53,902 bases of DNA from Candidatus Hydrogenedentota bacterium (lineage in GTDB: Bacteria > Hydrogenedentota > Hydrogenedentia > Hydrogenedentales > SLHB01): NCBI GenBank assembly GCA_045863335.1, contig BTVY01000050.1:1-53902 (forward strand), written 5' to 3'. The position numbers and the translations under genes are program-made. Below the pieces are notes generated by a model. It did no database searches and was not told the DNA's origin. It worked only from the letters and a program-made list of their open reading frames with translations. This document shows positions 26,027 to 36,411 of this stretch, one piece after another. Position 1 is the stretch's first letter, and each line of letters begins with the position of its first letter.

Positions 26027-27985
26027 TTACTGATTGCGTGACGGCTCTGACTCGTCCGCCGTCCAAAACCAGACCTCGTCGCGCACCAAATGTTTCGCCA
26101 GCCGCAACGGATATCCCAGGCGCTTCGCCAGTTTGGCGTACTTCAATCGTATTGCGGGATCGCCGGCCGATTCGCAGTCCGCGAGTCCGCCGAGCGCTTC
26201 CGACAGCCAGGCCATAGGCACCGAAAAGTCGGGATACGCGTCCAAATCTGGCCACACCGCGTGCTCGGTCCGGTCGAGGGGTTCCAGGGAGCAATCCGGC
26301 GCCAGTTCCCGCATGACATCGCGCAGCACTCCGGGGTCTTCCTGTTGCTCCCAACCCACGCGGTCTCCGGCGTCGACCTCGCTCAGGCTCTGTCGAATGG
26401 TGCCTACCAATTCATCAATCTGACGCCGGTACAGAATGGCCAAGTCCTCCGTTTGTCCGGCCGCCTGATATACGTGTGCCAGAAGCGCTTCCGTTCTTCG
26501 TCCCGGAGGAAAGTTCGACACGATCCGTTTCGCATCGGCAAAATTGCCTCGCATAGTCAGCAATCGCACGAGAGGTTCCAGATACCGCTCCAGTTTCGAC
26601 GGGTCTTCCGCAAGGGAGAGATTCAACACGTTCTCGGCCTGGTCCGATTCGCCTGCGTCGAGGTGCAGCTCCGCCAACCGCCGGACCGCCTCATACCCTT
26701 GGCCAGGTTCTCGTACCCGCAGCGCCTTCTCCAATTGGCGCCGCTCCTCGTCGGTTTCGCCGGTGGCCAGGAAGTACGACGCCAATGCCAGGTGAAAAGC
26801 ATAAGGACTGGCTTCTTGATGTTCCCGTAGATTGCGCAATCGCACGGCGCGCTGATAGCCGTCCAGCAAAGTCAGCGAGCGTATTTGCCGGGCCACTTCG
26901 CGGGCGGATTCGTGCTCCTTTCGCGGAATACTATACGTTGCGGAGAAGGCATTCTCGTATATGAAGATCAACTCGTCGCGAAGCTCCCGAAAACTCGACC
27001 AGCGGTCTTCCGGCCGTTTCTCGAGACAACGCATGATGACGCGGTTGAGATCTTGAGGACAATCCTCCACGCGTTCCAGAAGCGGAATCGGCGGCTCATG
27101 CTGGTGGAACTCGCGCAGCGCCATGAGGTGTTCCAGTGCGGTACCCGCGCGAATCGTGAATAGTCGGTTGCCGCTGATTGCTTCGTAGAAGCAGCATCCG
27201 AAGGCGTAGATATCCGCTGCCTCCCCGACCTTCGCGGCTTCCAGGAATTGCTCGGGCGCCATATAGGCAGGCGTGCCGAAGGTCGTCCCCGCCTGAGTCA
27301 ATTCTGTTCGGTCTGAGAGTTCATCCAGTCTGGTGAACGGAATGTCTTCGGAAATGTTGCAGCGCACCAAGCCAAAATCGGTAATCTTCAATGTTCCATC
27401 CCGCGCAATCAACAAGTTCTCCGGTTTCAGATCGCGGTGCACCAGACCCGGAACGGCGGAAACGGCGTGGATCATGCCGTCGCAGCACTGGATGCCGAGA
27501 CGAACGGCGTCTGGCATGTCAATGCAGCCGGATTTCAGATAGTCGGCCAGCGACAGATTGCCGCTCTCGGCTGATTCCACGTACTCCATGAAGAGGTAGG
27601 GGGCGGCGTCTATGATGTCTATAAAGTAGGCGTGAACGATATTCGGATGAAACCCGGTAAGGAGCCACGTGCGCGACTCGCGCAGAAATCGCTCGACCAA
27701 AGGCAGGTTTTGACTGAATTGGTGTTGGAACGTCTTTGCCGCGAATCGGCCCTCATCCATTTCGACGATGTACACGACGCCCATGCCGCTGACGCCGGGG
27801 CCGCCCTTCACGTTTAGGACTCGATACACGCCGTCCAGCAGCATCCCGGGTTCTGCTAACGGGTGCGCGATACTACCGTTGGCGGTCTCATCAACAACGG
27901 TGGTGAGATCGCTCATCGTGATGGGAGTACCGGCGGGCAGGGTAGGGGTGATATCCGGGGACGGGATCTGTGGTGATTCCGTCAC
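26027..27985 (-). CDS. Hanks-type Ser/Thr protein kinase with C-terminal helical/TPR-like region
   Basis: SGMGVVY, AAKT, HPNIV, HRDLKPEN, TDFGL, GTPAYMAPEQ, DIYAFG; no TM segment seen. Confidence 0.93.
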   Translation of the reverse strand: MTESPQIPSPDITPTLPAGTPITMSDLTTVVDETANGSIAHPLAEPGMLLDGVYRVLNVKGGPGVSGMGVVYIVEMDEGRFAAKTFQHQFSQNLPLVERFLRESRTWLLTGFHPNIVHAYFIDIIDAAPYLFMEYVESAESGNLSLADYLKSGCIDMPDAVRLGIQCCDGMIHAVSAVPGLVHRDLKPENLLIARDGTLKITDFGLVRCNISEDIPFTRLDELSDRTELTQAGTTFGTPAYMAPEQFLEAAKVGEAADIYAFGCCFYEAISGNRLFTIRAGTALEHLMALREFHQHEPPIPLLERVEDCPQDLNRVIMRCLEKRPEDRWSSFRELRDELIFIYENAFSATYSIPRKEHESAREVARQIRSLTLLDGYQRAVRLRNLREHQEASPYAFHLALASYFLATGETDEERRQLEKALRVREPGQGYEAVRRLAELHLDAGESDQAENVLNLSLAEDPSKLERYLEPLVRLLTMRGNFADAKRIVSNFPPGRRTEALLAHVYQAAGQTEDLAILYRRQIDELVGTIRQSLSEVDAGDRVGWEQQEDPGVLRDVMRELAPDCSLEPLDRTEHAVWPDLDAYPDFSVPMAWLSEALGGLADCESAGDPAIRLKYAKLAKRLGYPLRLAKHLVRDEVWFWTADESEPSRNQ

Positions 27986-27991
27986 GAAGCG

Positions 27992-28339
27992 CTAGGACTC
28001 CTGTACGCCGAATGCGGCCAAGCCGGCTCTGAGGTCCGGGCAGATCTCATATCGCTTGGCGAGGTTGGTTATCTCGAACACTTCCGACACAAAAGGCGTC
28101 AGCCCGCAGAGTTTCAGCGTTCCGTTCATCTTTTCCAGCGCCTTGGTCACCATAATAATGACGCGTAGGCCGCCGCTGCTGATGTACTCCACTCCGCTCA
28201 GATCGATTAGCACTTTGGTCGTGCCATCGTTCAAACACTCCTTGAAGGCGTTTTCCGCCTCCGGAGCAGCGGGCGCATCGAAGCGTCCTTCCAGCGCAAC
28301 CACGGCGACATCGGCTACTTGTTGTCGATTGATTTCCAT
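27992..28339 (-). CDS. STAS-domain anti-sigma-factor antagonist (RsbV/SpoIIAA-like)
   Basis: GRFD, IDLSGVEYISSGGLR with the conserved phosphoacceptor Ser, VFEIT. Confidence 0.92.
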   Translation of the reverse strand: MEINRQQVADVAVVALEGRFDAPAAPEAENAFKECLNDGTTKVLIDLSGVEYISSGGLRVIIMVTKALEKMNGTLKLCGLTPFVSEVFEITNLAKRYEICPDLRAGLAAFGVQES

Positions 28340-28380
28340 TGCGTTACGTCTGCGGTCCAGATTGGATACCAGATGGGTTC

Positions 28381-29928
28381 CTAGTGTACATCACCGTCGG
28401 GGCGCAAGTCAGCTTCCTCGACCGGCTTGGGCTTGACCGCACCAAGATCGACCGGGCCGAATACCGGCAGTGCCACCCCTGCACTGTCGCTAACGGTGCA
28501 TCGCGGGTTCAAACCCTTGCCATACCACAATTGAGCATCTTCAGAGATCGTGCCGGCGTGGAGAATGATGGACTTTGGATTCTTCGGGTCCAACCGCTGT
28601 CGGAATACCGCATGCAGGTCGTTCCCGTTTGCATCGGATAGGCTGAATCCCGTGACGGGTCCATCGGATGTCAACCTGCCGTTGACCGTGTCAAAGGTAA
28701 GGTGCAGTTCCGGTCCATACGGCGCATTCACTCGCGTGACCGCGTCAAGCCGGGGACCCCGATCAAGGCTGTCCTGTCCGAACAGGTCGCGCGCCGCAAG
28801 GTTCGCGAGACGGTACCCAAGTGTTTTCAATCCGTCCGTGCCGATGTGGATGTTGTCGTCCAGCGGAAGATCGATGGATGCAACCATGCCGCTATTCAGG
28901 AGAAGAGCGTCAGCCTGAAGCTGCATCACCTGAACCGTGTTCCAAAAGACCGGATCGCCCTCCGTGACAAAGCGGCCAATCTGGACGTAGTAGAAGGGCA
29001 ACTCCGGCGCATCAAAGTCGTCACGAACCGACTGCACGAATGATAGGAACCGCCCGAGGAACTTGGGCGCATCATCCGGATTGGCATCGGACTCGCCCTG
29101 ATACCAGAGCACGCCGCGCACGCTTCCGCCCGCCGCGAGGAAGCGACGGTACATTGCGCCATAGAGGGAGTTCCCGCCGGCGTCACGCAAGGCCGGGTCC
29201 CACTGCTTCATGGATGTGCCGCCATGAGCGCAGGGGATCAGACCCACGGGCCGGCCAGTACGGCGGACCATCTCCTTGGCGAAGGGTAATCCGAGACCGG
29301 CTCCTTTGGTCCAACCGGACACGTCCTGCACCAGGTTCATGCGCTCGCTTTCATCTTCGACCTTGCTATGCACGAAGTCGCGCGACTCGCCGAGGCGATG
29401 GAGCGGCTCCTCGGCGGCACGCCATTCGTCGTTCATGGCGAACATGTGGACGCGATCGTCCGGCGCCGCAACGTCGGTATTGTTGCCGACGCCTTGCATG
29501 TTGGATTGCCCCGCGAGGATCCACAGGTCGCCCACAAGGATGTGATCGATTGATACCTTCGCGACTTCGTCGCCCTCGGATCGCAACCGGATCTCGACGC
29601 GGTACGGGCCTCCGGCCGGTATCTCACGGATTTCCGCCGTCCAACTTCCGTCCCGGGACGAACCGGCATCGAGCCAGCGCCAGAATCCGACTCGGCTCTG
29701 GGGCTGTACCCGTACCTGTACCGTTGCCTCGCCCGCAAAACTCGTCGCGCCGGCCAGTGCTATCCGCGCGTTGCCCGACTCGTTACATTGGAGGACTTGG
29801 TACGGCTTCAGTCCTTCCGTTACTTCGAGCGATTCAACTTCCTCCTGGCTGAACACGGGCCCCGGAAACGCGCCCAAAACGCATAGTGCCAACGCCGCGC
29901 GTAGCGCTAAACGGAAATGTGCTGCCAT
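28381..29928 (-). CDS. Secreted sialate O-acetylesterase / CE6-like SGNH esterase (SASA)
   Basis: Signal peptide; GDLWILAGQSNM, GGTS, WYQGESD, DNIH. Confidence 0.85.
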   Translation of the reverse strand: MAAHFRLALRAALALCVLGAFPGPVFSQEEVESLEVTEGLKPYQVLQCNESGNARIALAGATSFAGEATVQVRVQPQSRVGFWRWLDAGSSRDGSWTAEIREIPAGGPYRVEIRLRSEGDEVAKVSIDHILVGDLWILAGQSNMQGVGNNTDVAAPDDRVHMFAMNDEWRAAEEPLHRLGESRDFVHSKVEDESERMNLVQDVSGWTKGAGLGLPFAKEMVRRTGRPVGLIPCAHGGTSMKQWDPALRDAGGNSLYGAMYRRFLAAGGSVRGVLWYQGESDANPDDAPKFLGRFLSFVQSVRDDFDAPELPFYYVQIGRFVTEGDPVFWNTVQVMQLQADALLLNSGMVASIDLPLDDNIHIGTDGLKTLGYRLANLAARDLFGQDSLDRGPRLDAVTRVNAPYGPELHLTFDTVNGRLTSDGPVTGFSLSDANGNDLHAVFRQRLDPKNPKSIILHAGTISEDAQLWYGKGLNPRCTVSDSAGVALPVFGPVDLGAVKPKPVEEADLRPDGDVH

Positions 29929-29975
29929 GTATGCTCCTTGAACCTGATCGGGGTGGCGATGCCAGCGGCGCGCCG

Positions 29976-30698
29976 CTAGAGGGAAAACTCCTCGAGAATC
30001 ATCAGTATCTCTTCGACGGCCTGATCGAGCCCGAGAAAGAGGGCGCGCGACACGATGGAATGGCCGATGTTGACCTCGTTCAGACCGGGAATCGCCGCGA
30101 TGGGACGGAGATTTCGAATCGTCAGGCCATGCCCCGCATTGAAGATCAGCCCGGCGCCGATGGCCCGCGCCGCGGCGTTTGCGATCCGATCCACCTCCCC
30201 GAGGATATCTTCGTCCGCGGCGTTGGCGTAGGCGCCGGTATGCAGTTCGACGTAGTCGGACCCGGTTTCCGCGCTGGCGTCGACCTGGTCGAGCTCTGGA
30301 TCGATAAACATGCTGACCTTGATGCCTTCGCCGTGGAAGCCGGACACCACCTCTTTGAGCCGCTTGACCTGCGAAACCACGTCCAGTCCACCCTCAGTCG
30401 TGACCTCTTTCCGGTTCTCCGGTACAAGACACACCACCGCGGGTTTGACCCGGTGCGCAATGCCAATGATCTCATCGACAGCGGCAAGTTCCAGATTCAA
30501 CCGCACCTGAAGCGCCTGCGCCAACAACTCCACGTCGCGGTCCTGGATGTGCCGCCGGTCCTGGCGCAGATGGACGGTGATTTGATGTGCTCCCGCGAGT
30601 TCGCAAATCTTGGCCGCGGCGATGATATCCGGCTCGACGCCCTTGCGCGCTTCACGCAGGGTAGCCACGTGGTCGATGTTTACCCCAAGTTCGATCAT
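29976..30698 (-). CDS. pdxJ: Pyridoxine 5'-phosphate synthase
   Basis: [48 protein letters not shown]. Confidence 0.97.
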   Translation of the reverse strand: MIELGVNIDHVATLREARKGVEPDIIAAAKICELAGAHQITVHLRQDRRHIQDRDVELLAQALQVRLNLELAAVDEIIGIAHRVKPAVVCLVPENRKEVTTEGGLDVVSQVKRLKEVVSGFHGEGIKVSMFIDPELDQVDASAETGSDYVELHTGAYANAADEDILGEVDRIANAAARAIGAGLIFNAGHGLTIRNLRPIAAIPGLNEVNIGHSIVSRALFLGLDQAVEEILMILEEFSL

Positions 30699-30735
30699 GA
30701 TTCCTCGTCGTACTCCTCGGACAGTTGATATCTGT

Positions 30736-31218
30736 TCAAATGCTCAGTGTCGACGGCGTGTCTTCATCTGAGCGCTTCGTTTCATCGATGGACCGCACCG
30801 CCGATTCGAGCAGGTCCCGCAATTCGGACAAGGCATCCGCCAACTCGCGGCGCAATTCCGCGCGGGCATCGCCCGTGTCGTCGCGAAGCGCGGAGAGCCG
30901 CTCGCGGATCTTCTCCCGCTTCTCCTCCAATTCCATGCGCATGTCATCGATGGCTTTGCGCGTGGCGGCTTCGGCGGTCTCCGCGGCTTGATCGGCGAAC
31001 GCGTCAAGACGCTCGTCCAACGCGGCCAACAGGCGTTCCGTTTGCTTCTCAAGTTCCCCCTGGGCGGCCGACGAGACATCGCCGAGGGCCGACTCCACCC
31101 GATCGGAGAGCGTCTTTACGTCGCCGGAAGTCTCGGACGGCGCGCCGGATTGGACCTCGCAGCCGGACAGAACGATCGCCGCAAGCATCGGCAGTGCAAG
31201 GCAAACGGACCGTTTCAC
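30736..31218 (-). CDS. Lipoprotein, all-helical (apolipoprotein-like)
   Basis: Lipobox LSGC; amphipathic charged helices. Confidence 0.65.
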   Translation of the reverse strand: MKRSVCLALPMLAAIVLSGCEVQSGAPSETSGDVKTLSDRVESALGDVSSAAQGELEKQTERLLAALDERLDAFADQAAETAEAATRKAIDDMRMELEEKREKIRERLSALRDDTGDARAELRRELADALSELRDLLESAVRSIDETKRSDEDTPSTLSI

Positions 31219-32027
31219 TGGGCCTGCTCCGTATCCTTCACCAGCTCGAGGACCTGCTGCGCGAGTTCGTCGTCGACGCCGTTCAGCGCGGCGTACTCCC
31301 GCATGACCGCGTCGCGATTGCCCAGGGCCGCGAAGATCTCCGCTCGCGTCACATGGGCGATGGTATAGTTTGGGTCGATGCGCAACGCCTGCGCGCAGGC
31401 GTCGATCGCTTCCTTGTGCCGTTGCAATTCAAAGAACGCCGCAGCGCGATTGTTGTGAATCTGCGGATTCTTACCGTCCAGCTTGGCGGCTTCGTTCCAG
31501 GCTTCCAGGGCCGCTTCCATGTTGCCCGCTTCGTACGCGTCCTCGCCTTTGCGGAGGAGTTGCACCACTTGCTCCGCGATGTCCGGTTGTTTCGTTTGCC
31601 CGGTCGCGCGGTCGGCCGGGGGCTCGGGGGCGGTTTCGATGGCGGGCATCCCCAGCTCGATTCGCACCTGCTCCATGGCCGAATAGGCTTCCGCGTGGTT
31701 CGGTTGGAGGCGCAGCGTTTCGCGGAAACACTCCAGGGCGGCATTGCGTTGGCCCTGGCCGTGATGGATGCATCCCAACTCGTAATACGTATCCGGATCG
31801 TTCGGGTCCAGTTCCTGGGCCTGCTCGTAGGCCCGCTGCGCGTCGCCCGCAGCGCCAAGTTTATAGTGGCAAAACCCTATGTTGGCGTAGGCCAACGCAT
31901 AGTCGGGTTCCCGCTGCATGACCTCTTCGAAATATGTCAGGGCCCGCTGATAGTTCCCTCGTTCCGCAAGCCGGACGCCCCGGTCGAAAAGGAATCGCGT
32001 GCGCATTCTATCGAGGAGCATGATCAT
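31215..32027 (-). CDS. Tetratricopeptide repeat protein
   Basis: Multiple TPRs (e.g. AYANIG..A..AYEQAQELDP) in two blocks separated by a Pro-rich linker. Confidence 0.88.
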   Translation of the reverse strand: MIMLLDRMRTRFLFDRGVRLAERGNYQRALTYFEEVMQREPDYALAYANIGFCHYKLGAAGDAQRAYEQAQELDPNDPDTYYELGCIHHGQGQRNAALECFRETLRLQPNHAEAYSAMEQVRIELGMPAIETAPEPPADRATGQTKQPDIAEQVVQLLRKGEDAYEAGNMEAALEAWNEAAKLDGKNPQIHNNRAAAFFELQRHKEAIDACAQALRIDPNYTIAHVTRAEIFAALGNRDAVMREYAALNGVDDELAQQVLELVKDTEQAQ

Positions 32028-32132
32028 CGATCCCCACGTAGCCGATTGAAAATGATCTCTGGCTTCACCGTTCCTGCCTTGGTTGCAACTGCGAAGGACA
32101 ATCCCTGGAAATCCCGCCAGTTCCGATACCCG

Positions 32133-32987
32133 CTATTGTACCGCGTTGAGATTCTGCGCGCTACTGTCGACCGGCGTCCTGGACGGAATTGTCTCACGCG
32201 AACCCTGTTGCCGAAAGAGGACGTCCACCACGTTGCGCACGTACTGCTCGTCCGCGACGCCCAGCGTGGCTTCCTCTGGAAATGCGACGAGCGACCGGAA
32301 ATGGTCCGCGATATCTGCGAATAGTTCGACCCGCGCCTGCGGTTCAAGCCCCTCCCGGCGCAAGACCGCCAGCAGCGCGATGCGCGCCTCGTCCGGCGTG
32401 ACGCGTTGGCGGAGGCGCGCCTCCAGATGCGGGTAGTCCCGAAACGAATTGTATTTCCCGCTCAGCACATGCGTCAGGTCCGGCTCGGAGATCTTCGGCA
32501 AGCGCATGACGACCGTGTTCGCCACATAGTCGCCCAGGCGCTGCGACCGCTTGCTGAGCACGCAGGCGATGCCGCCGATAACGTAGAAGGGGTAGAGGCT
32601 GTCGACAAAGCGCATGAGATTTCTCACGGCTATCTGGCTGAACTGAAGCCGCAATCCGTCCGCATCCACCACCCGGAGCCGGAGCACGCGTTTTCCAAGC
32701 GTTTGACCGCGCAGCAGCCATTCGAGCGTCATTCCGTGGACGATGGGTATGACGAAGAAACCCAACGCGATTAAGGCGAAGGCCCAGTCCGACAGGTTTA
32801 CACCGAACACAAGGGGAAAGATGTTGAGCGTTACTAGAACGTATGCGATCGTGAAAATCGCGATTACCTCGATCGCGAAATCGATGATGCGCGCCAGAAA
32901 CCGCGTCACCGGGCCCGCGAGGTTCAGTGAGAATTCAATGCCCTCCGGGGTGCGGATGGTCAATCTATTGGTACGTTCGTCAGGCAT
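32133..32987 (-). CDS. RDD family membrane protein
   Basis: TPEGIEF..AGPVTRFLARIID, GQTLGKR..LRVV, RNLMRFVD, QRLGD. Confidence 0.9.
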   Translation of the reverse strand: MPDERTNRLTIRTPEGIEFSLNLAGPVTRFLARIIDFAIEVIAIFTIAYVLVTLNIFPLVFGVNLSDWAFALIALGFFVIPIVHGMTLEWLLRGQTLGKRVLRLRVVDADGLRLQFSQIAVRNLMRFVDSLYPFYVIGGIACVLSKRSQRLGDYVANTVVMRLPKISEPDLTHVLSGKYNSFRDYPHLEARLRQRVTPDEARIALLAVLRREGLEPQARVELFADIADHFRSLVAFPEEATLGVADEQYVRNVVDVLFRQQGSRETIPSRTPVDSSAQNLNAVQ

Positions 32988-32999
32988 GATTGCGCAAAC

Positions 33000-34052
33000 T
33001 TAACTTTCCACCAACTCGTCTTTCGATTGTTTTCTGCCCGCGAAGATGAAGAAGAGAATCAGTAGCACCAGTTCCACGGTCCCGAAGGCAATCTTCACCG
33101 CGTACGGCAACACGGGTTCGTGGTATTGCGAAAGCCAGGCCTCCACAAAGGCGGCCCACGCGAGCATGATGGCCACGCCCCCGATGATCGTAAGGGCATC
33201 AGGCGCGATGTTTCGCAGTCGCGCGCGGGTAGAGAGCCGCGAGTCCCAGCCGATCAACGCGCTCCCCAGCATGAGCCCCGCTTGCCCTGCAAGCAAGATC
33301 GCGGGAATCTCCAATGCGCCGTGAGGAAGCAGCCAGGCCGTAAGGAACTTGGCCTCGCCGGCGTTGATATAGTCCATGGTCACCGCGCCCATCATGACGC
33401 CGTTGCTGAACAAGACCAGGATGCTCCCCGCGCCCCATAACGCGCCAAGCGCCATCGTAATCAGCGCGACGCGAGTATTATTCACGATGTAGAAACTGGT
33501 CCCCATGGCCTTGACGCCTTGGAGTTCATCGTGGTCCTTCTCTTTTTCCTCTTCCGCGACGCGTTCCTTGGGATCGATGCGGAGGTGGGGGAAGGGCATC
33601 AGCACGCCCTTCGCGTCCGCGTCATACGAGACGGCCGCGCCCCCCAGGATGGCGCCGGCCATGGTCACCGCAAAACTCAGCCAGAACGTTGCGGCATGGC
33701 GCCGAAAGGTCCGAGGAAAAGTCCGCACGGCCCAATGAATCGGCCGGAACCGGTGCGGCGAACGGTGCACTTCGTGAATCTCGCCGTAGGCGCGGGCCAC
33801 CAGCGATTCGAGATACCGGCGCAATTCCGGTTCCGAAGCAAAGGTGGACAATTTGGACAGGTCCGTCGCGCAGCGTTCGTAGAGGTAGTGGAGCCGTTGT
33901 GCCTGTTGCAGGTCAAGCCGGTACGCCACGTCCGCTTCCAGCCGGTTCAAGGTTTGCTCCAGCTCGTTCCAGTACGGACGCTCTTCCCGGAGGAATCTTT
34001 CCAGGTCAATAATCACGCGGAACTCCCGGGGATGCTTGCCATGTATATCCAC
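33000..34052 (-). CDS. Stage II sporulation protein M (DUF95) family membrane protein
   Basis: NNTRVAL, NGVMMG, LPHGALEIPAI, AFVEA; the start may be GTG at 34016. Confidence 0.88.
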   Translation of the reverse strand: MDIHGKHPREFRVIIDLERFLREERPYWNELEQTLNRLEADVAYRLDLQQAQRLHYLYERCATDLSKLSTFASEPELRRYLESLVARAYGEIHEVHRSPHRFRPIHWAVRTFPRTFRRHAATFWLSFAVTMAGAILGGAAVSYDADAKGVLMPFPHLRIDPKERVAEEEKEKDHDELQGVKAMGTSFYIVNNTRVALITMALGALWGAGSILVLFSNGVMMGAVTMDYINAGEAKFLTAWLLPHGALEIPAILLAGQAGLMLGSALIGWDSRLSTRARLRNIAPDALTIIGGVAIMLAWAAFVEAWLSQYHEPVLPYAVKIAFGTVELVLLILFFIFAGRKQSKDELVES

Positions 34053-34059
34053 GAACGGC

Positions 34060-35412
34060 TCATAAGAGTTGCCTCTGCTTCACGCTCGCATATTGGCCGA
34101 CGAGGTCGGCGCACATGCGTTCGTTGTCCATCAGGAAGAAACTGACCCCCTGTCGGTGCAACACCCGCTCCAGTTCCCGCAGGTCCCGCCACCGGATGTG
34201 CCCCGCCAGCGACCGGTAGACGTCGTCGACGGACTTCGTGGAGTCATCGGAAAACAAGGGCCGAATCCCCGGCGGTGACAGCATGCCCACGAGCACCAAG
34301 TGCTGCTTGCGAATTATCTCCACGTTGCGTACGAAGCTTTCGGATAAGACCGCGTCCTCGAGATTGGTCAAGAACACGAGGAGCGCCCGGCGTCGGAGCC
34401 GCATACGCAAGAAGGTGAACAGCTCGTCAAAGTCCGGATTCACGGTCTGCGGCTCGAGGGTATAGAGCGCGTCGCGGCAATTGGAGTAGTGGGCCTGGCC
34501 CGTGCTGGCGCGGACGAAACTGCGTACCGAGTCGCCGTAGGTGACGAGACCGAAAAGGTCTCCCTGCCGTTCGGCTACGAGCCCCAGAATAAGCGCCGCC
34601 GTGATGAAGCGCTCGAGTTGCGTGACCTCGACGGTCTCGCCGTTGTCGCCGCCGGTCGAAGCCAGCACCCGTCGGGCACTCAAGCGCGACGTGTCGATAA
34701 CGACATACACTTCCTGGGTCCGCTCAATCTGAAACAGCTTGGTGATTGGCTTCCCGCGTTTCGCGGTGGCTTTCCAGTGGATGTCCTCATATCCGTCTCC
34801 CGGCACGTACTCGCGCAGCTTCTCGAACTCGCGTCCCTGTCCGACCTGGCGCTGCGCGTGCGCGCCGAAGGCGCCCCGATTCAAGAACAAGGCGGCCAGG
34901 CGTCGCCGTTCAGTCAGGAGATTCGGATACACGCGCAATTCGGATTGAATGGGTGAGGAACTCCGCACCGCCCAGAACCCGAGTGGGGAAGTGCCTTCCA
35001 TGTACACTCGATCCAGGTGATAGTTCCCGCGCCGTTCCGGTTTCACCGCCCAGGACACGTGGGCCATCGCTGTATCCGGCGGCGCGACGGTCTGGATGGA
35101 ATCGAGCTGCGAACCGATCTCCCGCGGGAATGCGAGACCGATGCGTAAGGGCCTCGCGCGCGCGCGGTCGTTACGGATGTAGATGTCCACTTCGCCGTCG
35201 CGGTCTTTGCTTAAGCGGACCACTTCCGGCAGCGACACGCCAAGCCCCTTGAGCGAGCCCCTGCCGAGCATCGCGTCGAGCGCGGCGACCGCAACGAGTC
35301 CAATCGCCGCGTAATGCAAAACCCCCGCGACGGCCGGCACGGTAACCCCCACCGCGCTGATGGCGATGAGGCCACCCACGCAAATGAGGAGCAATGTCCG
35401 CGGAACAATCAT
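34060..35412 (-). CDS. DUF58 (vWA-like) protein with N-terminal TM
   Basis: RRGNY, SPLGFW, VYPN, EFEKLREYVPGD..IHWKATAK, VIDTSR. Confidence 0.9.
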   Translation of the reverse strand: MIVPRTLLLICVGGLIAISAVGVTVPAVAGVLHYAAIGLVAVAALDAMLGRGSLKGLGVSLPEVVRLSKDRDGEVDIYIRNDRARARPLRIGLAFPREIGSQLDSIQTVAPPDTAMAHVSWAVKPERRGNYHLDRVYMEGTSPLGFWAVRSSSPIQSELRVYPNLLTERRRLAALFLNRGAFGAHAQRQVGQGREFEKLREYVPGDGYEDIHWKATAKRGKPITKLFQIERTQEVYVVIDTSRLSARRVLASTGGDNGETVEVTQLERFITAALILGLVAERQGDLFGLVTYGDSVRSFVRASTGQAHYSNCRDALYTLEPQTVNPDFDELFTFLRMRLRRRALLVFLTNLEDAVLSESFVRNVEIIRKQHLVLVGMLSPPGIRPLFSDDSTKSVDDVYRSLAGHIRWRDLRELERVLHRQGVSFFLMDNERMCADLVGQYASVKQRQLL

Positions 35413-36374
35413 CGAGGCACCGCCACCTCTTCGATAATCCGGCCGATTACTTCCGGCACGGTGAGTCCTTCGATTTCATACTCCGGCCGCAGAATCAACC
35501 GGTGCTCCAGCACCGGGCGCGCGATTTCCTTCACGTCATCCGGCGTAACGAAGTCCCGGCCGGATATGGCGCCGTGTACGCGGCTCGCGAGGAGGATGGC
35601 CTGCGTGGCGCGCGGCCCTGCGCCTACCAACACGGAACTATGCGTCCGCGTCTTGCGCACGATATCCACCACGTAGCCAATCAGCTCTTCGCGAACCGTC
35701 ACGGACTGGAGCGCGGCGCGAACCTTTACCAGTTCTTCCGCCGTGATCACGACATTGACTGCGTCGCTGTCGAGCGTTTTCTCGGGCGCGTCGCTGCCCA
35801 GCGTGCGCGCGGCCAGGCTGAGTTCCTCATCGCGATTCGGGCAGCCCATCGAAATCTTCACCATGAACCGGTCTTTCTGCGCCTCCGGAAGGGGATAGGT
35901 GCCTTCGTATTCGATGGGATTCTGGGTTGCGAACACGGTGAAGTTAGGCGAGAGGATGTGCGTATCGCGGTCGATGGTGACGCGCCGCTCCTGCATCGCC
36001 TGAAGCAGGGCCGACTGCGTCTTTGCCGGTGCGCGGTTGATCTCGTCCGCCAGCAGGAACGTCGTGAAGATGGGTCCCTTGACCAGCGTGAACGCGTTGT
36101 GCTGGAGGTTGAACACGTTGGTGCCGGTGATATCCGCCGGCATCAGGTCCGGGGTGAACTGGATGCGCGCAAACTCGCAGCCCAACACCTTCGCGAGGGT
36201 ACGGACGAGCAAGGTCTTGGCCACGCCCGGTACGCCCTCGATCAGCGCGTGGTTGTTGGTAAAAATCGCGATCAGGCATTTGTCCACCACGTCCTTCTGG
36301 CCGATGATGACCTTGGCGACCTCCTGCCGCGCGCGCGTCAACGTCTCTTTCAAGTGGTCCAGATCGAGTTGCAC
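35409..36374 (-). CDS. MoxR-family AAA+ ATPase
   Basis: Walker A EGVPGVAKT, RIQFTPDLMPAD, Walker B LADEINR, ATQNPIEYEGTYPLPEAQKDRF. GTG start at 36374 follows RBS GGAAAGGAAG. Confidence 0.95.
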   Translation of the reverse strand: MQLDLDHLKETLTRARQEVAKVIIGQKDVVDKCLIAIFTNNHALIEGVPGVAKTLLVRTLAKVLGCEFARIQFTPDLMPADITGTNVFNLQHNAFTLVKGPIFTTFLLADEINRAPAKTQSALLQAMQERRVTIDRDTHILSPNFTVFATQNPIEYEGTYPLPEAQKDRFMVKISMGCPNRDEELSLAARTLGSDAPEKTLDSDAVNVVITAEELVKVRAALQSVTVREELIGYVVDIVRKTRTHSSVLVGAGPRATQAILLASRVHGAISGRDFVTPDDVKEIARPVLEHRLILRPEYEIEGLTVPEVIGRIIEEVAVPR

Positions 36375-36411
36375 GTGTTCTTCCTTTCCCTGATGCTTGC
36401 GGAGGCCGGGA

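Noticed and set aside
30747-32324. 525-aa plus-strand ORF
   Set aside because: Antisense to the lipoprotein, TPR and RDD genes; Arg/Pro-rich shadow composition
33000-34052. Sporulation function implied by the SpoIIM name
   Set aside because: The DUF95 family is widespread in non-sporulating bacteria; the context is MoxR/DUF58 and the secretin indicates a diderm
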